Assembly: GCA_964106645.2 (NCBI GenBank)
Contig: OZ067039.1
Length of the DNA stretch: 64,000 nucleotides
Reading direction: 5' to 3' (one strand)
DNA from: Podarcis pityusensis
Taxonomy: Eukaryota
Shown: one piece after another, positions 36,571 to 64,000 of the stretch
Numbering within the stretch: the first letter of the stretch is position 1
Layout: every line of letters starts with the position of its first letter
Translations under genes and position numbers: made by a program
The notes under the pieces: model-generated
What the model saw: the letters and a program-made list of their open reading frames with translations, nothing else
Told to the model about the DNA's origin: nothing
The model's database searches: none

Positions 36571-37785
36571 CACTGAAATATGGGTTAGTGTTGTGTTCAA
36601 AATAGCCCATTGGCTCCTATAGGACAAAGTTAAATGGGCTGCAATTTCAGGCAGAGTTTTGAGGAGACAAAATCTGACTGCAGCTGCCAGGAATCCCTGC
36701 AAATATATGGACATCCTCTCTGCCTCTCTCACCATGACGGACATATTGCTAGTTGTAAAGAAAGCTGGCTCATATTTTTTATCACAATTAGGGGATCAAA
36801 TGATAGCAGTGCAAATGGTCATGGGAAGATATGGCAAGTCAATAAAATTATACATGTATTTGTGCTGAAATCTTGTTTTAGCTACCATAGATGTACAGTT
36901 ACTAAACTGGGGGGAAATTGTCTGTGGACCCACTAAACAGAGAAATTAAACATTGCTAGATTAAAAATAATAACAAAACCTCTTGCATTCCCCCCCTTTA
37001 ACGTCAAAACCATATTAAGTCAAGCCTGTTGATTTACAAGTGAAAGGCCATTTAGTCTTTGTGGGAATGTCTGCTCCTGGTAACTCAAAACAAGAAAGCA
37101 GATTTTCAGGAGAGGTGGGAGGGTGCTGCCAGTTCAGGGAGGATCAGCAAAGAATGGGAGAAGCTAGCAGAGGAGGAGGGATCTTTTTTCTTCTTATTTT
37201 GCTCTGTATTGAAACAAGACCACTAACAGCTGCCCACAGCTGCATTGCTTCTTGGGGTTCCTATATTATTAGTTTCCCAGCTTGCGTTCTCTGTCCCACC
37301 ATTGAATCCATTTGTACAGGGGAGCTGAGTGAATCCAATGGTTTTCTTGGTTTGTTTCTGTTCCGCCTTTAGTTTGTGGCCTGTCTTTTGTGATTGGGGG
37401 GAAAAATGGCATTTCTGTAGCAGCGTCAGTTGGTCGGCTGGTTGCACGCATGGGTCATGTGCTTCCCTCATCTCTCTGTCCAATGGGATGCGCTTACCCG
37501 AGAACAGAGACATTGAACAATTTTGTTGTTTATATGATGTATTTATTTTTACTTGTGTTTCATGTCATTTTTTAAAAAAAATAATAAATTGTAAGTTGGT
37601 ATAATGCCTATCAATTCTCTCTCTTTTTTAAAAAATAAACTTCAAACATTACAACAGTCCAATGATTTTGGTCTGGAATGAATTTGGTGTTTGTTTTCAA
37701 GCATAAATATACTCTGGCTGCCATATGGCTAAAATCAGTTGCTACCATGTCCCTTGAAAGCAGTGCGACATGCTACATGCAACTA

Positions 37786-38491
37786 CCGTATTTTTCGCCC
37801 TATAGGACGCACCGGCCCATAGGATGCACCTAGATTTGGGGGGGGGGGGATAAAGGGGAAAAAATTTATTTCCCCCCCCCCCAGGCGCGGGGCTGGGGCG
37901 GGGGAAGCCCGAGCTTCCCCTGACCCCAGCTCCCAGAACGGGACCCAGAGCGATGCCGAAGCTGCATGCTTGCGGGGCTGGGAGAGGGGGAAGCCCTCCG
38001 CCAGCCTCCAAACCAGGTCTCCCCCCGCCAACCTTCTAACCAAGTCAGGGGACAGCAGGAAAGGCGCGCTGCGCCTCCCCGCTGTCCCCCGAGTTTGCGG
38101 GGCTGGCGACAGGGAGGAGCAGGCTTCTCCCCCCTGCCAGCCTTCTAACCGAGTCGGGGGACAGCGGGAAAGGCCGCTGCGCCTCTCCCGCTGTCCCCTG
38201 CGTTTGCAGGGCTGGCAACGGGGAGGAGCAGGCTTCTCCTCCCCGCCGGCCTTCTAACCAAGTCTGGGGGCCAGCAGGATGGCGGCGTTCCGCCTCCCCG
38301 CTGTCCCCCGAGCTTGTGGGGCTGGCGGTGGTGCTCTCCTGAAGCCTGGAGAGCAAGAGGGGTCTGTGCGCACCGACCCCTCTCGCTCTCCAGGCTTCAG
38401 CGAAAGCCTGCATTTGCCCCATAGGACGCACACACATTTCCCCTTCATTTTTGGAGGGGAAAAAGTGCGTCCTATAGGGCGAAAAATACGG
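37786..38491. mobile_element. Young pogo/Tc2-like non-autonomous DNA transposon with GC-rich internal tandem repeats
   Basis: Perfect 27-bp TIRs CCGTATTTTTCGCCCTATAGGACGCAC, TA TSD, ~108-bp internal repeat. Confidence 0.9.
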
Positions 38492-40413
38492 TAATTGCTT
38501 CGTTGATTTCCAAGGTATTTAAATCATAACAACTGGGTTTAGCTGTACCAGGGCAGCTATCTTCACAGCAGGTAGGTGATGGTTATTTGGTACCTGAAGG
38601 GGCAAAAGTTCATTTCAGTAATAAACAACACTTGGATCAGCCAACCACTTTTCGACAGAAGTCTGAATGATGGGACAGCCTGCCTATCAAGAAAGTGAAT
38701 ATTTGCTTTCACCCAGTTTCAACACAGTTTTTCTACTAAGGGGACTATCAGATTTTTCCACAGGGTGCCCCTTAAGTATTTGTTGAAACATGCTTTCATG
38801 CAAAAAAGCCTTGAGGCACAGTTGATATTTGTGATAGGCCTAAACCCCATAAGAATATCCAAACCACAAACTGTATTTGCTATAAGCTACAAATGCTGTT
38901 TTGTAGTGGGTTCTGGTGAGAATACACTTTACTATTACAAGGACCAGAAAGTTCAGGCCTCTTAGCCACTTCTTACATAAGGGATCTTCAGATAGTTGTT
39001 TCTACTCTGCGTGTTTTCTTTAGCACAAAAGCTTCAGCTGCTAAATAATTTACTATATGGGAGGGAAATGATGGTTTTTAAGACTTGCCTTCCCTGACAC
39101 TCAGGAATTCAAAGTGCTGTATCTCTGCAGTCGTGGTGATGTAGCTGCCCACCTGGCAGATTTGGCCTACCTGGGGGTGGGAAGGTTAAGGTCTAGCCAG
39201 CCCAGAAGTTCACCACCCACCTTATACAATGGAGAGACCTGAACTGTGAATTCTTCTATTTACTGCTAGGATGGTCCGTTGTTAAATGCTCTGACAACCT
39301 AACATCTGTATTTTGGATGTCACTATGTCAGATACTAACTAGAGATTCCATATCACAACTTTCTCTTTCTGCCTCCCTCTTGACGGTTTCCAGGGATGAT
39401 ATCCAACTAAGTCATACTCAGAGTAGGCTCATTGCAGTCCATGGACTAAAGTAACTTAACTCCATAGATTTCAATGGGTCTATTCTGAGTTTAGCAAACA
39501 TGCACAGTTGTGCCTCCCCCACCCTACATGGCACAGAGGGAGGCAGCTAAAGAGATTTTTTGGGGAAGCACTGGAATGGAGTTTGAAACCCAATTCCAGA
39601 TCAATGGAAGCCAATTTTCACAAGTGGCTCTATTTCTGGTTAGAAACTATCTGAAGCAGAACGTATAACAATTCTGTGTTTTTCTGTTGTTCTGGATGGG
39701 AGTTGTTACTTAGTGCCAACCTGGGCACTTGATCCTTACTCATGAGGTGATACAGTTTTAGCCTAAGGTAAGGATAAGGCAGCTTGCACCCTGTTGGGAG
39801 ACCCACACTGAGGCTGTACACTCACATCCCTACATGTGTGCCTGCCCAGTGAACCCTTTTTGCAGAACAGTTGAAGGTAATCAGTCCTGTTTTCCACTAC
39901 TGATGTAGGCACTGGTAGGTACTGCTAACCGGTTCCTGTTCTGCTATGTAAACTCAAAATGTGATAGGCTGAGGTGAATTTGAATATTTGGGAAGTTGTG
40001 ACATTTGATGTGATGGTCCTCTACAAAATGCTGTCCATTTATTATATCTGTACATCCAATTACCCAGGGATTTCGTAGTTTCTTAACATCAATAATTCAA
40101 TCAAAAGCTCCTCAATTTTGATGTTGTCGTTGCATTATTTTACATTTTGGTTCAGTTTTTTTCTGGCAGATACTGTGAAAAGGGTTTCAGCCGACGGATC
40201 AAAAGGAGAGGTGAGTACAAGAGTGCCAAACACGGAGCATGGCAGTGATGTCCCAACAAAACGTGCCGTTAAATATCTAGTCATAATTGAGTCTGGACTA
40301 ATATGAAATGAAACTCCCACTTGAGCACTGTCTGTAACATTAATTATGTTTAATAGAAACTGCTTGGTAATTACCTCAAAATTGGTGTCTCTTTATTTAA
40401 AATGTTCCAGTAA

Positions 40414-40600
40414 GGGGCAATAGCTCAGTGGCTACATCTCATGCTTTGTATGCAGAAGGTCCCAGGTTCAGTCTTGGGCTTCTCTGGGAAGGTTTGAGAA
40501 AGACCCGCACCTGAAACCCTGGGGAGCTACTGTCAGTCATTGCAGATAATACTGAGCTAAATGGACCATTATTTTTACTCTGTGTAAGGTGGCTTTGTCT
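40414..40600 (+). mobile_element. Squam3-type SINE (other degraded copies at ~42880-43035 and ~50195-50360)
   Basis: TAGCTCAGTGG...TGCAGAAGGTCCCAGGTTCA...CTGAAACCCTGG...ATACTGAGCTAAATGGACC. Confidence 0.7.
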
Positions 40601-41397
40601 GTTGCTGAAGCAAATAAGGAGCTGGCACATAACCTGTCACCATGTAGAAATGCCAAAAATGGAGGGGGTCACCTCCCCCGCCCTCCCATTCACTTCATCT
40701 GCCCTTATCACAACCTGCAGCCTGGTGACCATGTTAATGCCAACATTTTTAATTTCAGTTAAATAGTCCTCTTTAGCTGTGTATTATCCATTCTTAAATG
40801 GGCAGTGGAGCCCAAGTTCTTTTGTGTGCAAAGCATTTTCTGTCCATGAGCTATAAAGCCCCCACAAAAACCAGTTTAGAAAAAGGCCAGCAAGGACAGT
40901 GGCTGGATGTTAAAACAAGACATAGGGATGAGGCAGATCACTGCTAAATGGTTCTTGGCTAAAGCAGACAAAAACAGAAGGCTGCATCACCTACATTTGC
41001 ACATATGTTTTAAGGCCTTAACGTTTACATGAGACAAGTGCACACTTGCAGCTGGGTAGAGATACAGACAGCAATGAGTGAGGTTGGGCTGCCTTTTCTT
41101 GTCATGAATACCCATTTGTCACTGCATGAAGGGTGAAGTGGCCCCAAGTCTTTGGGAAACACAACTCCTCATTCAAGTGTATCACCCTGTCTAACGCTGG
41201 CCAGGCATGGAAGGGCCCTGATTCTCACACTTTTGTATTTGATCATAACACAGCTCCCACCCCACCCAATTCCTAATTTTACCCCTGGGGTGTATATCAC
41301 TTATCATAGATGGAGTTGCAAATGCTCATCATGCAATTGGCAGGTGCATAAAAGGTCTCTCAGAAACTGGTACCCCCAGTGTCTTTAATGGACACCA

Positions 41398-41403
41398 TTT
41401 ATT
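41398..41403 (-). promoter_or_regulatory. Putative poly(A) signal (AATAAA) of the semaphorin gene
   Basis: tttatt on the + strand, about 410 nt downstream of the stop codon. Confidence 0.45.
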
Positions 41404-41815
41404 AGGAAAACAAAGTGAAGATAACTACAAAATATGTGTTATATGATATGTAAAGAGCGTAAAGCTCTCTCGTCCAATCTTTACAGAGGAGTCGTGGTAT
41501 CACAAGGCAAACCAGGCTGATCAGTCCATTCTGCATGACATAGGCTGGGAAAGGCAATCGCACTGCACTCCTCAGGCTGGCTTGTAGACACTTTGCCCAC
41601 TTTGCAAGTATATTCCTTCCTCTGGTACCCAAGGGGAGGAAGAAGGCAAAAACCCAGAGTTTCAGCTTGAGAAAGGACTCACTGGCCTTTCTTGGCGTAT
41701 GTAGTGAGTGGGATCTGGAGGCCATAAATGCAGTGGATGTGTCTGCAAATGGCTCTTGCCTGCGAAAGGTCTCCAGAGAGTGCCTGCTGAGTCCATTTGG
41801 GTTCCTTGCATAACA

Positions 41816-62401
<20,586 letters not shown>

Positions 62402-62964
62402 CTGTAAGGTGGAGCATACAAACAGAAATATGAAGATGGTGGGCTCATCCACACTTCTACCTGTACCTTGCCTAGAAAGCACAGGTGGGTCCAAGTGGTT
62501 TCCTGCTTGTCTCGTGCTTTCTAGGCATGGGTCTGTGTGGTTTTGCCTTTGCCCTGCCACTTTCCCCCAGAAAAACCACTCTTTAGCAATAAATCATAAC
62601 AAAAGATAATCTGCGGAAAACCCAATTGCCATGCCTGCTCACTCTCTCCTGAGAATGATTTTCGGAAGCTGAACATCCGGCGCTGCTTCTGTGGCTTCTG
62701 ATTGGCTGCAGGATGCTCCTGTAGTCAATCAGAAGCCGTGCCTTGGTTTTTGAATGGTTCCAGGAGTCAAATGGTCTCCTGGAAGGTATTCTGTTAGAGA
62801 ACCAAGGTATGACTGTACTTTTGTCCATTTACTGTATTTATTTTCCCCGATTTGAACTATAAAATGGTGATTTTCTTGAGTCAAAATGTGAGTACACCTA
62901 AACATTTTTTAAAGAAAAAAAGCACTAATAATAATCATAATAATAATGCAAGGAGCATTAATGA

Positions 62965-63068
62965 AAGACTAGCCCAAGGTCACCAGGCAGCTGCATGTGG
63001 AGGAGTGGAGACATGAACCCAGTTATCCAGATTACGAGACTACTGCTCTTAACCACTACACCACACAG
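62965..63068 (-). mobile_element. MIR/CORE-like SINE fragment
   Basis: GCCCAAGGTCACC...GAACCC...CTCTTAACCACTACACCAC pattern. Confidence 0.55.
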
Positions 63069-64000
63069 GCCTATATAGAGACACAACTGCCTATATTGTG
63101 GTGTGGGTGCAATATTAGTGTAGAATACTGACAGGAACAATGAGTAACCCATCAAGGGATGCAGTGTGTGGACTTTGCACTCTCTATGTGCAATTGTTGC
63201 TGGAGACAGATTGAATGTCACATGGAAATTAACTGATCCACATCACTTTTAAAAAAGCAAAAACATACTAGGGTAACCAGACTAAGAGCAGAGAACCATG
63301 TCTGAGAACCTTTATTGCTAAGTATACTTTCTTTCTGGCTCTTTCATTCGTTCCGTTTTCATTTGGGCAAGGGAGCCATGAGACAGAAACTGTGCGATGC
63401 TGTAGTGTAGACCCATCGCCCTTTGGCATATGTCCCTTCCATCCCATAGAAAGGTGGAGTCTGGCTGGGAGTGGGAGAGGAGACATTGCCATCCTCTTAG
63501 CAGCAGTTCAATGGGGATGAGCAGTGTTAGTGTGAAAGAGAATGAAAGTGACATCATCGTCTTATTGGGGCCGATTTTACACAAAAACTTCGGGAAGCAA
63601 GCTTTTGAGTTGTGCAGAATACTTTCTCAAACAAAAGAAGGCTCCAAAACAAGGAACAAAAACAAGGAAACCTACCATGTTTTCATTCAATGCTTCTGTT
63701 TTTCTAGCTGTGATAACTGCTATTTAAATAGAGAAAGAAAAAGGACGGCCCCTCCTTGTGCTCTTGCCACTGCACTGGGCCCCACAATCCTGACACTCCC
63801 CATTGACAACACTAGGAAAGCCATCGTCTTGCTGCTGTGGTGGGCTATTGTTTTTGGCCTTATTCTCTCAAGCACATCTTTCCTTTGCACTCCCTGCCTT
63901 GAGTTTTCTCATTTCCTTTTGGCCGGCCCATCTGTTTCTTTCTCCCTCCCACCTATTCTACTCCCAGGGTGGAGGGCGCCTCCGAGGACTTTCCAAATGT

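Larger units (their letters stand above)
31470..37640 (+). other. RAD54L2: Probable long RAD54L2 3'UTR with several AATAAA sites (~31514, ~33689, ~33797, 37583, ~37634)
   Basis: Follows the stop codon, is largely free of the TEs that fill the introns, has AU-rich blocks, and has a U-rich run before AATAAA at 37583-37588. The extent is inferred. Confidence 0.5.

Noticed and set aside
37742-38494. Cluster of overlapping ORFs on both strands
   Set aside because: Caused by high GC inside the non-autonomous transposon; no transposase motifs.
63405-63557. Hydrophobic minus-strand ORF (MMSLSFSFTLTLLIPIELLL...) and PARLHLS in another frame as semaphorin exon 1
   Set aside because: The signal-like and PRLxLS-like segments are in different frames, and the only phase-1 donor I found (G|gtctac) is poor. 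Exon 1 is probably beyond 64000.

Overview
Vertebrate genomic DNA. The repeat content (Sauria/Squam1-type and Squam3-type SINEs, CR1, Penelope-derived hairpin, Tc1/mariner and hAT MITEs) points to a squamate reptile, probably a lacertid lizard. Two multi-exon genes lie tail to tail. On the + strand is RAD54L2 (ARIP4, SNF2/ATRX-like ATPase): 20 coding exons from 9522 to 31469 splice in frame with GT-AG introns (4286 nt, about 1428 aa). Its first coding exon is upstream of the window, and the 3'UTR probably runs about 6 kb to ~37600. On the - strand is a class 3 secreted semaphorin most like SEMA3D: 16 coding exons from 62401 to 41816 (2180 nt, about 726 aa), with the signal-peptide exon not found in the window. 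Most notable points: (1) this semaphorin sits where human has TEX264 and no semaphorin, so it is a candidate SEMA3H-type paralog absent from mammals; (2) its conserved PSI-domain furin site RRxRR has become RRAQC, gaining an extra Cys; (3) a SINE inserted into a RAD54L2 3' splice site and appears to supply the branch point; (4) there is a perfect 94-bp-arm intronic hairpin; (5) inverted MITEs flank semaphorin exons 5-6; (6) an orphan + strand exon candidate lies between the two genes. Exon coordinates were read by hand. Family and orthology assignments are from recalled sequences, not database searches.
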